Source of the DNA: a virus
Taxonomy: Duplodnaviria > Heunggongvirae > Uroviricota > Caudoviricetes
Virus record (IMG/VR): IMGVR_UViG_2703718828_000001
Span: 1-41,597 of that record
DNA length: 41,597 nt
Reading direction: 5' to 3' (one strand)
Shown: in pieces, positions 26,630 to 36,964 of the stretch
Position numbering within the stretch: the stretch's first letter is position 1
How the letters are laid out: each line of letters starts with the position of its first letter
Position numbers and translations under genes: made by a program
The notes under the pieces: generated by a model
What the model saw: the letters and a program-made list of their open reading frames with translations, nothing else
What the model was told of the DNA's origin: nothing
Database searches by the model: none

Positions 26630-29050
26630 ATGGCTTCCAAATCACTGGGCACGCTGACGATCGACCTGATTGCCAAAGTGGGCGGTTTTGTCTCCGGCCT
26701 CTCGCAGGCGGAGCGAGCTTCACAAAAATGGCGTAAGCAAGTAAAGGAGGATGCCGCTGCGGCTGCAGCTGCCATGACCGGATTCGCAACAGCAGTCGGG
26801 GCTGCAGCCATCGGAGCCGGAGTGGCGGGGTATAACCTGCTCAAAACCACTTCACGTCAGATTACCGAATCAGACCGCTGGGCAAAGTCACTTAACATGT
26901 CCACGCAGTCCCTGTTAGCCTGGCAATATGCTGCAGAAAAAGCAGGTGTTTCCGGCGATCAGATGGCCGATATTTTTAAAGATGTCGGAGACAAAATCGG
27001 TGATGCCGTTCTTAATAAATCTGGTGAGGCGGTCGGTGCGCTGGACGCTCTGGGATTGTCGGCCAAGAAACTGGCCGGAGAATCTCCCGACAAGCAACTT
27101 CTGGCAATCAGCGACGCACTGGAGAAAGTTAAGTCCAACGCCGAGAAGACTACCATCCTGGAGAGTCTTGGTAATGACCTGTCAAAGATGCTGCCGCTCC
27201 TGGACAATGGCAGTGAAAAGCTGCGTCAGTATATGGATGCCGCGAAGAAGTTTGGTGTGGCACCCGACGACGCAGATATTGAAAAACTGGTCAGAGTTAA
27301 CGCCCTGTTTGAGGATATGGAGACGCAGGTCAACGGCGTCAAAATTGAACTTGCTGCAGGGCTCGCCAGCGTAGATTTGAGTGGGCTCCAGAAGTCTATT
27401 GGAGATATGGGGGATGTATTTAAAGACCCGGCTGTTATTCAGGGTCTGACTGATCTGGTTGGTGGGGTAGTGGACCTGGCCACCTGGCTGGTAAGGGTAG
27501 GGGCCGAGGCCGGAAAGCTGATAGACCAGTACAAAGGCGGGAGTTCGGTCGGCCTGAATGCCTCCATTCCAGAAATTGAACGGCGCATCAAGAACCTGAA
27601 TGCAGATCTCGATGATAAAGGCGTACTGGCGAGTTTCAACAGAATAGGTATGGACGTATCCGGTAAGCAGGCCGAAAGGGCTGAGCTCCAGAGGCGACTG
27701 GCCTTTTTGAAAAACTCCCAATCTACTCTGCCGGAAATAAAACTGCCCGAGCCAGTCAAAACAAACTATACCCTCGGCACCGGGGAAACAAACGGTAAGC
27801 CGCAAAAAAATACCTCTGGCCAGAAGCTTGATTCTGCGTTTAAAAGCGTTGAGCGTAGTTACCTGCGCCAGATTGAACTGATCGACACTACCGGCAAAAA
27901 AACGGCTGTGGTGACCGAGCAGCAAAAACTGCAGTTCGATATTGCTGACGGCAAGTTGCAGTCGCTTAACGAAAAGCAGAAGACGAGACTTGTATCTCTG
28001 GCTCAGGAAGTGGATCGCCTGAACGCTGTCAAAAAAGCCAATGAAGAAAATGCCAGGGTAGCGGCGTTTGTGGCAAATCTGCAGGCACAAAACGAGAATG
28101 CTCGCGCAGATTTGGGCGTGGATGTGCAGGGTGCCGGAATCGGTAATAAGCAGCGTGAGCGGCTCAGGGAACGCCTGAGTATTGAGCGCGATTATCTCGA
28201 TCAGCAGCGGGAGCTGCAAAAGCAGTATCAGTCCGGTGATATAAGCCAGACGGTTTATGACCGGGAAACGCAGGCCCTGAAAGATGCGCAGGCCGAAAGG
28301 ATCGAAGTTCAGGAGGATTACTACAAGAAAGTTGATGCGCTTCAGGCTGACTGGGTAACCGGCGCCCGTGACGGACTTGCCGACTGGGTGGATGATTCCA
28401 CGAACTATGCAATGCAGGCTGCCGACGTCATGAAAACCGCACTCTCAGGGATCAGCAGCAACATTGTCGAGATGCTCAACGGCAATAAAGCGAGCTGGAA
28501 AGACTGGGGTATCAGCGTTCTGAAAATCATAGAACAGGTGATGGTAAATATGATGATCGCGAACGCCGCCAGCTCTATCGGTTCGCTGTTTAGCGGTGCC
28601 GGCTCATCCTCAGCCAGTAGCGGAACAGCAATCCAGAACTATGGTGCAAATCTGCAATTAAACGCCAAAGGCGGCGTTTACTCTTCAGCCGATCTCAGTC
28701 AGTACAGTAACTCTGTCGTCAGTTCACCGACGCTGTTTGCGTTTGCAAAAGGTGCCGGCCTGATGGGAGAGGCGGGTCCTGAAGCCATTATGCCTCTTAC
28801 CCGCGCGTCTGATGGTTCACTCGGTGTCCGCGCCGTGGGAAATAGCGGCGTCACGCCAGGCAGTGGAGGGGCACCACAGGTATATATCACCATTGATGGC
28901 AACGGAAATACGGCCACTCAAGCGACATCTGGCTATGAACAATTCGCGAAAGATGTGGGTTCTTATACAGATAGGCGTTACAGGGATCTAATAATGAGAG
29001 ATTTAGCGCCGGGCGGTGCGATCTGGAACCTTGCAAAAGGAGGCCGCTGA
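26630..29050 (+). CDS. Tail tape measure protein
   Basis: 806 aa, coiled-coil-rich with Gly-rich C-terminal region; follows the G/GT pair. Confidence 0.85.
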   Translation: MASKSLGTLTIDLIAKVGGFVSGLSQAERASQKWRKQVKEDAAAAAAAMTGFATAVGAAAIGAGVAGYNLLKTTSRQITESDRWAKSLNMSTQSLLAWQYAAEKAGVSGDQMADIFKDVGDKIGDAVLNKSGEAVGALDALGLSAKKLAGESPDKQLLAISDALEKVKSNAEKTTILESLGNDLSKMLPLLDNGSEKLRQYMDAAKKFGVAPDDADIEKLVRVNALFEDMETQVNGVKIELAAGLASVDLSGLQKSIGDMGDVFKDPAVIQGLTDLVGGVVDLATWLVRVGAEAGKLIDQYKGGSSVGLNASIPEIERRIKNLNADLDDKGVLASFNRIGMDVSGKQAERAELQRRLAFLKNSQSTLPEIKLPEPVKTNYTLGTGETNGKPQKNTSGQKLDSAFKSVERSYLRQIELIDTTGKKTAVVTEQQKLQFDIADGKLQSLNEKQKTRLVSLAQEVDRLNAVKKANEENARVAAFVANLQAQNENARADLGVDVQGAGIGNKQRERLRERLSIERDYLDQQRELQKQYQSGDISQTVYDRETQALKDAQAERIEVQEDYYKKVDALQADWVTGARDGLADWVDDSTNYAMQAADVMKTALSGISSNIVEMLNGNKASWKDWGISVLKIIEQVMVNMMIANAASSIGSLFSGAGSSSASSGTAIQNYGANLQLNAKGGVYSSADLSQYSNSVVSSPTLFAFAKGAGLMGEAGPEAIMPLTRASDGSLGVRAVGNSGVTPGSGGAPQVYITIDGNGNTATQATSGYEQFAKDVGSYTDRRYRDLIMRDLAPGGAIWNLAKGGR

Positions 29051-29388
29051 TGGCTCTTGAAACATTCAGCTGGTGCCCACGCATCAACGCGGAGCAGGAG
29101 GTAACGTTCCGCCGGCGCTCCGCAAAATTTGGTGACGGATATGAACAGGTGGCCGGTGACGGCTTAAATCCGCGTTCACAAAAGTGGAATTTACAGTTTA
29201 CCGGTACCGAAGCGTATATCGGGGCCATTAAAAACTTCCTCGATCGTCACCAGGGCACAAAGTCTTTTCAGTGGCACCCACCGCTTGAGCCACTGGGGCT
29301 GTATCGCTGTGATACTTACACTCCGTCGCCGCTTGGCGCTGGACTATTCAACCTTTCAGCAACTTTTGAACAGGCCGATAAACCATGA
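29050..29388 (+). CDS. Minor tail protein M
   Basis: 112 aa after the tape measure gene, ATGA-coupled. Confidence 0.75.
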   Translation: MALETFSWCPRINAEQEVTFRRRSAKFGDGYEQVAGDGLNPRSQKWNLQFTGTEAYIGAIKNFLDRHQGTKSFQWHPPLEPLGLYRCDTYTPSPLGAGLFNLSATFEQADKP

Positions 29389-30140
29389 GTCTCAACGCAG
29401 ATTATCAGAAGCTTGAACCCGGCGATGAGGTCAGGCTTTTCGAAGTGGATGGCACTGCATTTGGTACAGGTGAGGTGTTACGTTTCCACAACTACAGCCT
29501 CGCACATACTGAAGCAGAAATAACGGCGGCCGGCGGTGACGAAAACAAGCTTCCGGCCAAATCAATCTGGTGGCAGGGCGCCGAATATAAAGCGTGGCCA
29601 TGCCAGATTGAGGGGATCGAGGCTTCTACCTCGGGAAGTAGTGCGCAGCCAAAACTTTCGGTTGCTAACCTCGACAGCTCGATCACCGCTCTTTGTCTGG
29701 CTTATGACGATATGCTGCAGGCGAAGGTGACGATACATGACACCCTGGGTAAATATCTCGATGCGAAAAACTTCACCGGCGGCAACCCGACAGCCGATCC
29801 GACCCAGGAAAAGCTGAAGGTTTTCTATATTGATGCGAAGAGCAACGAGACTAACCAGGTCGTTGAATTCACCCTCTCCAGCCCGATGGACCTGCAGGGG
29901 CTGATGATACCTACGCGCCAGCTCCATTCGTTGTGCACCTGGTGCATCCGTAACAAGTACCGTACCGGTGATGGTTGCGACTATGCCGGAACTCGCTATT
30001 TCGACAAAAACAATAATCCGGTGAGCGATCCCTCGCTGGATGAATGCAACGGTACTCTCTCAGCCTGCAAACTTCGGTTCGGAGAAAATAACGAACTGTC
30101 GTTTGGTGGTTTCCCGGGCACATCTCTGATCAGGAGCTGA
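29385..30140 (+). CDS. Minor tail protein L
   Basis: 251 aa with C-terminal Cys cluster (CTWC...C...C). Confidence 0.8.
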   Translation: MSLNADYQKLEPGDEVRLFEVDGTAFGTGEVLRFHNYSLAHTEAEITAAGGDENKLPAKSIWWQGAEYKAWPCQIEGIEASTSGSSAQPKLSVANLDSSITALCLAYDDMLQAKVTIHDTLGKYLDAKNFTGGNPTADPTQEKLKVFYIDAKSNETNQVVEFTLSSPMDLQGLMIPTRQLHSLCTWCIRNKYRTGDGCDYAGTRYFDKNNNPVSDPSLDECNGTLSACKLRFGENNELSFGGFPGTSLIRS

Positions 30141-30141
30141 T

Positions 30142-30852
30142 ATGCGCCAGAAAACCATTGATGCCATCATCGCGCATGCTGCAGCTGAATATCCTCGCGA
30201 GTGCTGCGGTGTGGTGGCACAGAAGAGCAGGGTGGAGCGATATTTCCCCTGCCGTAATCTCGCTACCGAGCCGACTGAACACTTTCACCTGTCGCCGGAA
30301 GATTACGCAACTGCCGAAGACTGGGGGGCGGTAACGGCGATCGTACACAGCCACCCAGATGCAACCACCCAACCGAGCGAAACTGACAAAGCCCAGTGCG
30401 ACCTGAACGGACTGCCCTGGCATATCGTCAGCTGGCCGGAGGGTGACCTGCGCACCATTATGCCCAGAGGAGAAATTCCCCTCATTGAGCGGCCATTCGT
30501 GCTGGGCGTTTACGACTGCTGGGGGCTGGTAATGAGCTACTTCCGGCAGACCCACGGCATCGAGTTGAAAGATTACCGGGTCGATTATCCCTGGTGGGAA
30601 AACGACTATCCGGACAACTTCTATCAGGACTGCTGGTATGAATGCGGCTTCCGTGAATTTGACGGCCCGCCGCAGCCTGGTGATATGGTGATCATGCAGG
30701 TTCAGGCTGACAAGTGGAACCATGCCGGCATCCTGCTGGAGGGTAATATGCTTCTGCACCATCTGTACGGGCATCTGAGCCAACGCGTGCCCTATGGCGG
30801 CTACTGGCAGGAAAGAACTATGAAAGTTTTGAGATATAAAACCCTGTGCTAA
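30142..30852 (+). CDS. Tail assembly protein K (MPN/JAB plus NlpC/P60-like)
   Basis: ECCG...HSHP motifs at the N-terminus; 236 aa. Confidence 0.8.
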   Translation: MRQKTIDAIIAHAAAEYPRECCGVVAQKSRVERYFPCRNLATEPTEHFHLSPEDYATAEDWGAVTAIVHSHPDATTQPSETDKAQCDLNGLPWHIVSWPEGDLRTIMPRGEIPLIERPFVLGVYDCWGLVMSYFRQTHGIELKDYRVDYPWWENDYPDNFYQDCWYECGFREFDGPPQPGDMVIMQVQADKWNHAGILLEGNMLLHHLYGHLSQRVPYGGYWQERTMKVLRYKTLC

Positions 30853-30881
30853 TCTTCCTGCAATTCACAAAGGGAGAGGAT

Positions 30882-31280
30882 ATGAAAAGAATATTCTTGG
30901 GTTTAGTTATCGTCATATTAACTGGATGCTCCTCAAAACCTTATGAGGCAACGGGCATTATTTATGATTCATCACTTTTATATGACAAGACTGGTGCTAC
31001 CAAAGTAAGGGTACACCGTGTCCAGCAATTATCTGGATCGGGGTTGGGTGAGAACTGTCCATTAGTTTTGAAAGTTGATGAAAAAGAAGTGGCAGGGTTA
31101 CAGCAAAATCAGTATGTAGATGTTTACTTACCAAAGGGCGAGCATAAGATTTCAGTAAGATTCAAATGCGCGCTAACTGAATGGCGAAAATCTTTAAGTA
31201 TTATCGCTGACGGCCATTATCAAGAATACCAAACAGAGACCGGGGCTGCAGGTCAATATCGGATGTGGCAAGTTAAGTAA
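30882..31280 (+). CDS. Lipoprotein cargo gene inserted between K and I
   Basis: MKRIFLGLVIVILTGCSS lipobox signal; lower GC than flanking tail genes; own terminator downstream. Confidence 0.6.
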   Translation: MKRIFLGLVIVILTGCSSKPYEATGIIYDSSLLYDKTGATKVRVHRVQQLSGSGLGENCPLVLKVDEKEVAGLQQNQYVDVYLPKGEHKISVRFKCALTEWRKSLSIIADGHYQEYQTETGAAGQYRMWQVK

Positions 31281-31298
31281 AACGTTCGTCAAAATCGA

Positions 31299-31320
31299 GG
31301 TCGCTTAGGCGGCCTTTTTT
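31299..31320 (+). terminator. Rho-independent terminator after the lipoprotein gene
   Basis: ggtcgc-ttag-gcggcc (one G-U pair) followed by T7. Confidence 0.45.
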
Positions 31321-31332
31321 TATGGGGTAAGA

Positions 31333-31938
31333 ATGAGCGAAAACATGGTTAAAATCGAACTTGGCGGCATCTTAGGTAAGACATTTGGTAAAACCCATTA
31401 TCGATTAATAAGTACAGTTCATGAGGCTACAAGAGCTTTAGCGGCAACGATCACAGGGTTTGAAAAATTTATGATTACTAGTGATCGCCGTGGTCTTACT
31501 TATGCAGTTTTCAAAGGAAAGAAAAACATTGGCGAAGATGACTTGGGCTATCCGGTTACAGAAGATGTAATTCGTATCGTGCCCGTAATTATTGGAAGTA
31601 AAAAAGCTGGCGTGCTGCAAACCGTTTTGGGCGCGGTACTTGTTGTTGTAGGTGCAGTTGTAGGCGTAATGACGTCGTGGACTGGGGTTGGTGGCGTAAT
31701 AGGTAGCGGGATGGTTACCGCTGGTATCGGATTAATGGCCGGCGGTGTGATCCAGATGCTTTCTCCTCAGCCAGCAGGGCTGGCCAGTAAACAGGATGCA
31801 GATAACCGGGCCTCTTATGCGTTCGGTGGCGTAACAAATACCGCTGCGCAGGGGTATCCGGTGCCGCTTCTTTACGGTCGCCGGCGCATCGGCGGCGCGA
31901 TTATTTCAGCCGGCATTTATGTCCAAGATCAGCAGTAG
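31333..31938 (+). CDS. Tail assembly protein I
   Basis: 201 aa with Gly-rich hydrophobic C-terminal half (GAVVGVMTSWTGVGGVIGSGMVTAGIGLMAGG). Confidence 0.8.
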   Translation: MSENMVKIELGGILGKTFGKTHYRLISTVHEATRALAATITGFEKFMITSDRRGLTYAVFKGKKNIGEDDLGYPVTEDVIRIVPVIIGSKKAGVLQTVLGAVLVVVGAVVGVMTSWTGVGGVIGSGMVTAGIGLMAGGVIQMLSPQPAGLASKQDADNRASYAFGGVTNTAAQGYPVPLLYGRRRIGGAIISAGIYVQDQQ

Positions 31939-31957
31939 ACAGAAACGGGAGAGTGTT

Positions 31958-32203
31958 ATGAGTCTAGAAGAACGTGTAGGAGCGCTGGAATCTGCTATCG
32001 CCAGCTTGGCTTTGCAGCAGAGTAATAATTGGGATTTGAGTGATGTGGCGAGGAGTTTTGCGTCGGAATCCATTATAGATGCTTGTTGCGCGAGAGGGAG
32101 AATAAAAGCGGCCCAAGAACAGACCGCATATATGCAAATATTAGAAAATGGGATATCAGTGAAAATCGATAATGTTATTTCTGTCCGCTTGTTAGCGTTT
32201 TAA
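31958..32203 (+). CDS. Hypothetical small protein (cargo between I and J)
   Basis: 81 aa from ATG at 31958 with GGGAGAG RBS; 3' end overlaps the convergent gene by 29 bp. Confidence 0.45.
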   Translation: MSLEERVGALESAIASLALQQSNNWDLSDVARSFASESIIDACCARGRIKAAQEQTAYMQILENGISVKIDNVISVRLLAF

Positions 32204-32426
32204 CCATAACGCCAATTTGCGCAATTGCTAATTGAGCTGCAGCCTGCCCTTCATTTTGTGCATAATAGCGATCAAGGTTAGCAAGGAGTTTTTCAGCGAA
32301 CCCAGGCATTTCATCATTCAAAGTTCTTGCCAAAACTGCATACGCTCCTTGCATCGCATACACCGCTGTGGTGCTATCTGGCAGAGGCATCTCATTTGCA
32401 ATCGATTCTTCAAACTTATAATTCAT
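32175..32426 (-). CDS. Hypothetical small protein, convergent partner
   Basis: 83 aa from ATG at 32426 with AAGGA RBS. Confidence 0.45.
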   Translation of the reverse strand: MNYKFEESIANEMPLPDSTTAVYAMQGAYAVLARTLNDEMPGFAEKLLANLDRYYAQNEGQAAAQLAIAQIGVMVKTLTSGQK

Positions 32427-32554
32427 ATCTATTCCTTGACAGAGGTAAACAGCCATCCCTCTGCATAGTTGTTCGCCAGTGTCCCACCACTGACGGGCTG
32501 AATGCCTACCTTAGCCAGGGTTAAAACGAAACGACATCCTGATATTCAAACAGT

Positions 32555-32579
32555 AGCCACCTCCGGGTGGCTTTTTTTA
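32555..32579 (+). terminator. Rho-independent terminator immediately upstream of J
   Basis: agccacc-tccg-ggtggct followed by T7. Confidence 0.55.
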
Positions 32580-32589
32580 TGGGCGCAAT

Positions 32590-35500
32590 ATGGTAACTGC
32601 AACCGCAATTAAAGGCCGCAAAGGTGGTGGCTCTAAATCCCGCACGCCTACCGAACAGCCTGACGATCTCCAGTCTGTTGCAAAGGCAAAAATATTAATC
32701 GCGCTGGGGGAGGGGGAGTTCTCAGGACAGTTAACCGGCAAGGATATCTACCTGGACGGTACCGCGATTGAGAATGCTGACGGCTCTCAGAACTTCAGCG
32801 GCGTCACCTGGGAGTTTCGTCCCGGCACGCAGGCGCAGAAATACATCCAGGGCATACCCGGCACCGAAAACGAAATTAGCGTGGGTACCGAAGTATCAAG
32901 CGCCACAGCCTGGACCCGAACGTTTACCAATACCCAGCTTTCTGCTGTTCGTCTGCGCCTGAAGTGGCCATCGCTGTTCCAGCAGGAAGACGATGGCGAT
33001 CTGGTCGGGTATTCGATTAAATATGCGATTGATCTGCAGACCGACGGCGGCACCTGGCAGACGGTGCTGAATACCAGCGTAACCGGTAAGACCACATCCG
33101 GTTATGAACGCAGCCACCGTATCGATCTTCCGCAGGCCGGCAGCACATGGACGCTTCGTCTGCGTAAAATCACCGCTGATGCGAACAGCGCGAAGATCGG
33201 CGATACGATGACGCTGCAGAGCTTTACCGAGGTGATTGACGCCAAGCTGCGCTACCCAAACACCGCGCTGCTGTACATCGAATTCGACTCAAGCCAGTTC
33301 AATGGCTCTATTCCTCAGATTTCATGCGAACCGCGCGGACGCGTTATTCGCGTGCCGGATACCTACGATCCAGAAACCCGAACCTACAGCGGGACCTGGA
33401 CGGGGACGTTTAAGTGGGCATGGACGGATAATCCGGCGTGGATTTTTTACGACCTGGTGGTGACCGACCGCTTCGGGCTGGGTGATCGCCTGACGGCGGC
33501 GAATATCGACAAATGGACGCTATACCAGGTGGCGCAGTACTGCGATCAGATGGTGCCGGACGGTAAAGGCGGAAGCGGTACCGAACCCCGCTATACCTGC
33601 AACGTCTATGTTCAGGAACGGAACGATGCCTACACCGTTCTGCGTGATTTTGCTGCCATATTCCGGGGTATGACCTACTGGGGCGGTGACCAGATTGTTG
33701 CGCTGGCGGATATGCCCAGGGATGTTGATTACAGTTATACCCGCGCCAACGTGATTGATGGCCGCTTTACCTACGCCAGCAGTACCACGAAAACGCGCTA
33801 TACCACAGCGCTGGTTTCCTGGTCCGATCCGTCTAACGCCTATGCTGATGCAATGGAGCCGGTGTTTGAGCAGGCACTGGTGGCACGTTACGGATATAAC
33901 CAGCTGGAAATGACGGCTATTGGGTGTACCCGCCAGTCAGAGGCAAACCGCAAAGGACGCTGGGGCATCCTGACCAACAACAAGGACCGCATCGTTTCTT
34001 TCGATGTCGGCCTGGACGGTAACATTCCACAGCCCGGTTATATTATCGCCGTGGCAGACGAAATGCTGTCTGGAAAGGTTATGGGCGGGCGCATCAGCGC
34101 TGTTAACGGCAGGGTAATCACGCTGGACCGCAAACCCGACGCAGTGGCTGGCGGCCGACTTATTCTGAACCTGCCTTCTGGCGCTTCTCAAAGTCGTACT
34201 ATCCAGTCGGTAAACGGCCAGGCCGTGACCGTCACGACGGCTTACAGCGAAACGCCACAGGCTGAGGCTGTCTGGGTAGTTGAGTCCGATGAACTCTATG
34301 CGCAGCAGTACCGTGTTGTGAGCGTCACGGATAACAACGATGGCACATTCTCTATCGCGGGTGCGTGGCACGATCCGGATAAATATGCCCGCATCGATAC
34401 TGGCGCCATCATTGACCAGCGCCCGGTGAGCGTCATTCCTCCGGGCAACCAGTCGCCGCCTGCTAACATCGTCATCAGCTCGTTCTCCGTGGTGCAGCAG
34501 AATATCAGCGTCGAAACCATGCGCGTAAGCTGGGACCAGGCGCAGAACGCTATCGCCTATGAAGCGCAATGGCGCCGCAACGACGGGAACTGGGTTAACG
34601 TCCCGCGCAGCTCAACCACGTCCTTCGATGTGCCGGGGATATATTCGGGCCGCTATCTGGTACGTGTGCGGGCTATCAACGCCGCTGAGATTTCCTCCGG
34701 GTGGGGCTATTCGGAAGAGAAAACTCTGACCGGGAAGGTGGGCAACCCGCCGAAACCGGTGGGCTTCACCGCCTCTGAAAACGTTGTATTTGGTATCGAG
34801 CTGAACTGGGGGTTCCCGGCGAATACGGACGACACGCTGAAAACCGAAATCCAGTACAGCCTGACCGGCAGCGATGATGATGCGCTGCTTCTGAGCGATG
34901 TCCCCTATCCGCAGCGCAAGTATCAGCAGATGGGCCTGAAGGCGGGGCAAATTTTCTGGTACCGGGCGCAGCTGGTGGACAGGACAGGCAATGAGTCGGG
35001 TTACACAGACTGGGTACGTGGACAGGCCAGCATCGATGTATCGGATATCACCGATGTTATCCTGGAAGATATTAAAGAATCGGACACGTTCAAGGAACTG
35101 ATCGAAAGCGCCGTAGACGGCAACGAGAAAATTGCTGGCATGGTCGACGACATCAGACAGAACGCTGACGATCTGGAGCAACAGGCGCTGGCCATCAAGG
35201 AAAACGCCGATGGGCTCGCCCAGGCCGAGGTGAAGATTGACGAAATCTCTGTCTCAATGGACGGCATGACGGGAGGCGTTAAAAACTCCTCTATTGCGGT
35301 TATCCAGAACAGCCTGGCGCAGGTAACCAGCCGTCGATCCCAGACAGCCACCAACGCCGGGAACAGCGCCAGCATCGACCGTATCGATACCACCATTGCA
35401 GATACCAGCCATTCGGTTGCCCGTGCGCTGGTGACGCTTGATGCTTCTGCGGGTGGTAACGTCTCAAACGCGACCGATCTCACCGAAACCCTTGCTGATT

Positions 35501-36030
35501 TCACGCAGGCCTCGGCCACGAAAATCAATTCCCTGACGGTTACGGTAAACGGCCAGACCGCGGCTATTAACGAGACCGTACAGGCGGTGGCTGATGTAAA
35601 CGGCAACCTGAGCGCGATGTATAACATCAAGGTGGCGGTGGACTCCAATGGACGCCAGTACGCCGCCGGGATGGGGATCGGCGTTGAGAATACACCATCC
35701 GGCATGCAGTCACAGGTGCTGTTTGTTGCTGACCGTTTCGCGGTGATGTCTCAGGCTGGCGGGGCTGTGACGCTGCCATTCGTGATCCAGAACGGGCAGA
35801 CGTTCATCCGGGATACGTTCATTCAGGACGGAACCATCAGCAATGCCAAGATCGGCAACTTTATTCAGTCGAACAATTACGTTGCAGGCTCGGCGGGATG
35901 GAAGCTGGATAAAGGCGGGAATTTCGAAATCAACGGCGTGGTCGGTGGCGGCAGAATGCTGATATCCAGCACCCTGATCCGCATTTATGACAGCAATAAC
36001 GTGTTACGCGTCAGAATGGGGTTATGGTAA
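32590..36030 (+). CDS. Host specificity / central tail fibre protein J
   Basis: 1146 aa; lambda J-like size and position. Confidence 0.85.
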   Translation: MVTATAIKGRKGGGSKSRTPTEQPDDLQSVAKAKILIALGEGEFSGQLTGKDIYLDGTAIENADGSQNFSGVTWEFRPGTQAQKYIQGIPGTENEISVGTEVSSATAWTRTFTNTQLSAVRLRLKWPSLFQQEDDGDLVGYSIKYAIDLQTDGGTWQTVLNTSVTGKTTSGYERSHRIDLPQAGSTWTLRLRKITADANSAKIGDTMTLQSFTEVIDAKLRYPNTALLYIEFDSSQFNGSIPQISCEPRGRVIRVPDTYDPETRTYSGTWTGTFKWAWTDNPAWIFYDLVVTDRFGLGDRLTAANIDKWTLYQVAQYCDQMVPDGKGGSGTEPRYTCNVYVQERNDAYTVLRDFAAIFRGMTYWGGDQIVALADMPRDVDYSYTRANVIDGRFTYASSTTKTRYTTALVSWSDPSNAYADAMEPVFEQALVARYGYNQLEMTAIGCTRQSEANRKGRWGILTNNKDRIVSFDVGLDGNIPQPGYIIAVADEMLSGKVMGGRISAVNGRVITLDRKPDAVAGGRLILNLPSGASQSRTIQSVNGQAVTVTTAYSETPQAEAVWVVESDELYAQQYRVVSVTDNNDGTFSIAGAWHDPDKYARIDTGAIIDQRPVSVIPPGNQSPPANIVISSFSVVQQNISVETMRVSWDQAQNAIAYEAQWRRNDGNWVNVPRSSTTSFDVPGIYSGRYLVRVRAINAAEISSGWGYSEEKTLTGKVGNPPKPVGFTASENVVFGIELNWGFPANTDDTLKTEIQYSLTGSDDDALLLSDVPYPQRKYQQMGLKAGQIFWYRAQLVDRTGNESGYTDWVRGQASIDVSDITDVILEDIKESDTFKELIESAVDGNEKIAGMVDDIRQNADDLEQQALAIKENADGLAQAEVKIDEISVSMDGMTGGVKNSSIAVIQNSLAQVTSRRSQTATNAGNSASIDRIDTTIADTSHSVARALVTLDASAGGNVSNATDLTETLADFTQASATKINSLTVTVNGQTAAINETVQAVADVNGNLSAMYNIKVAVDSNGRQYAAGMGIGVENTPSGMQSQVLFVADRFAVMSQAGGAVTLPFVIQNGQTFIRDTFIQDGTISNAKIGNFIQSNNYVAGSAGWKLDKGGNFEINGVVGGGRMLISSTLIRIYDSNNVLRVRMGLW

Positions 36031-36326
36031 TGCCACAGGGTCTACAGTGCTGGGACAGTGCCGGTCGTGTTGCGGTAGATTTAAGTGATTATTCACTTCG
36101 ATATATGGGCAGCACGTCCTTCAATTTTCCGTCGGGTGTGAGCAGCGTGAACGTTGCGTTTCCGGGAGCTACTCAGGACGGGTCTTTTGTTTCAATAGTA
36201 ACCACCGGCGTCGGGATGAATGAGTATTTTTGCCGCGCTTATAATGGCGGCTTTACTGCTTATTATTTACCGACAAAGGCCAATCAGGCTACAACACTAA
36301 ATGTGGAGGTTTACAACTTCCAATGA
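36024..36326 (+). CDS. Hypothetical protein coupled to J
   Basis: 100-aa ORF overlapping the J stop. Confidence 0.45.
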   Translation: MVMPQGLQCWDSAGRVAVDLSDYSLRYMGSTSFNFPSGVSSVNVAFPGATQDGSFVSIVTTGVGMNEYFCRAYNGGFTAYYLPTKANQATTLNVEVYNFQ

Positions 36327-36964
36327 GCGGATTCGAATCTTATAACGATGCCGGAAAACTTCAGGTTGATTCGGAGAACAGGTCGACACTTTTTTATGAC
36401 CAGAGAACGCTGGGCGCTGTTACTGATAAAGGCTTTTACAGAGTAAACAGCCCGTTTGGTGATGGTTCGACGCTGGGGTATACCCCCACTCAGTTCTGGA
36501 ATGACGGAAGACTCAGATGGCTTCAACTGGGGACAAATAAATATGGGTTACCTGGCGCAAACCTTCTTGAGGATAACGCCGGGAGTATGATCCGCACTGC
36601 GCGAAATATTGGACTGGAGAGCGGGTACCTTGATGTTCTGGACAGCTCAGGGAACCTTATCTGGAGTGCTGTGTCAGCTTCGAAAATGCCCCGGGTGGTT
36701 GGCTTCTTTGATGTGCCGGCTAACTATGACCTGCAGAACAACACGTTTAGCATCACGCCAGGGTTCAACCCATGGATTCTGGTAAACAATTGTCCCGGTA
36801 ATCTCAGTGATGATGGAACGGTTGTTGGATATTCAGGTATTGCTCTTAAATGGACTGGTTCGCAGTTACAGGGGAGGTACATCTCAAGTAATCAGCGAAC
36901 CTGGGCCCAGACCATGCAGGGGAGAGGATTAAGAATTCCGATCGCCCGGTTTGTTGGGATTTGA
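36323..36964 (+). CDS. Hypothetical protein downstream of J
   Basis: 213-aa ORF, ATGA-coupled to the previous gene. Confidence 0.45.
   Translation: MSGFESYNDAGKLQVDSENRSTLFYDQRTLGAVTDKGFYRVNSPFGDGSTLGYTPTQFWNDGRLRWLQLGTNKYGLPGANLLEDNAGSMIRTARNIGLESGYLDVLDSSGNLIWSAVSASKMPRVVGFFDVPANYDLQNNTFSITPGFNPWILVNNCPGNLSDDGTVVGYSGIALKWTGSQLQGRYISSNQRTWAQTMQGRGLRIPIARFVGI

Noticed and set aside
27182-28219. 345-aa minus-strand ORF
   Set aside because: Antisense to the tape measure gene; no independent start context; shadow ORF.
33937-35705. Minus-strand ORFs of 189-234 aa
   Set aside because: Antisense within the J gene; shadow ORFs.
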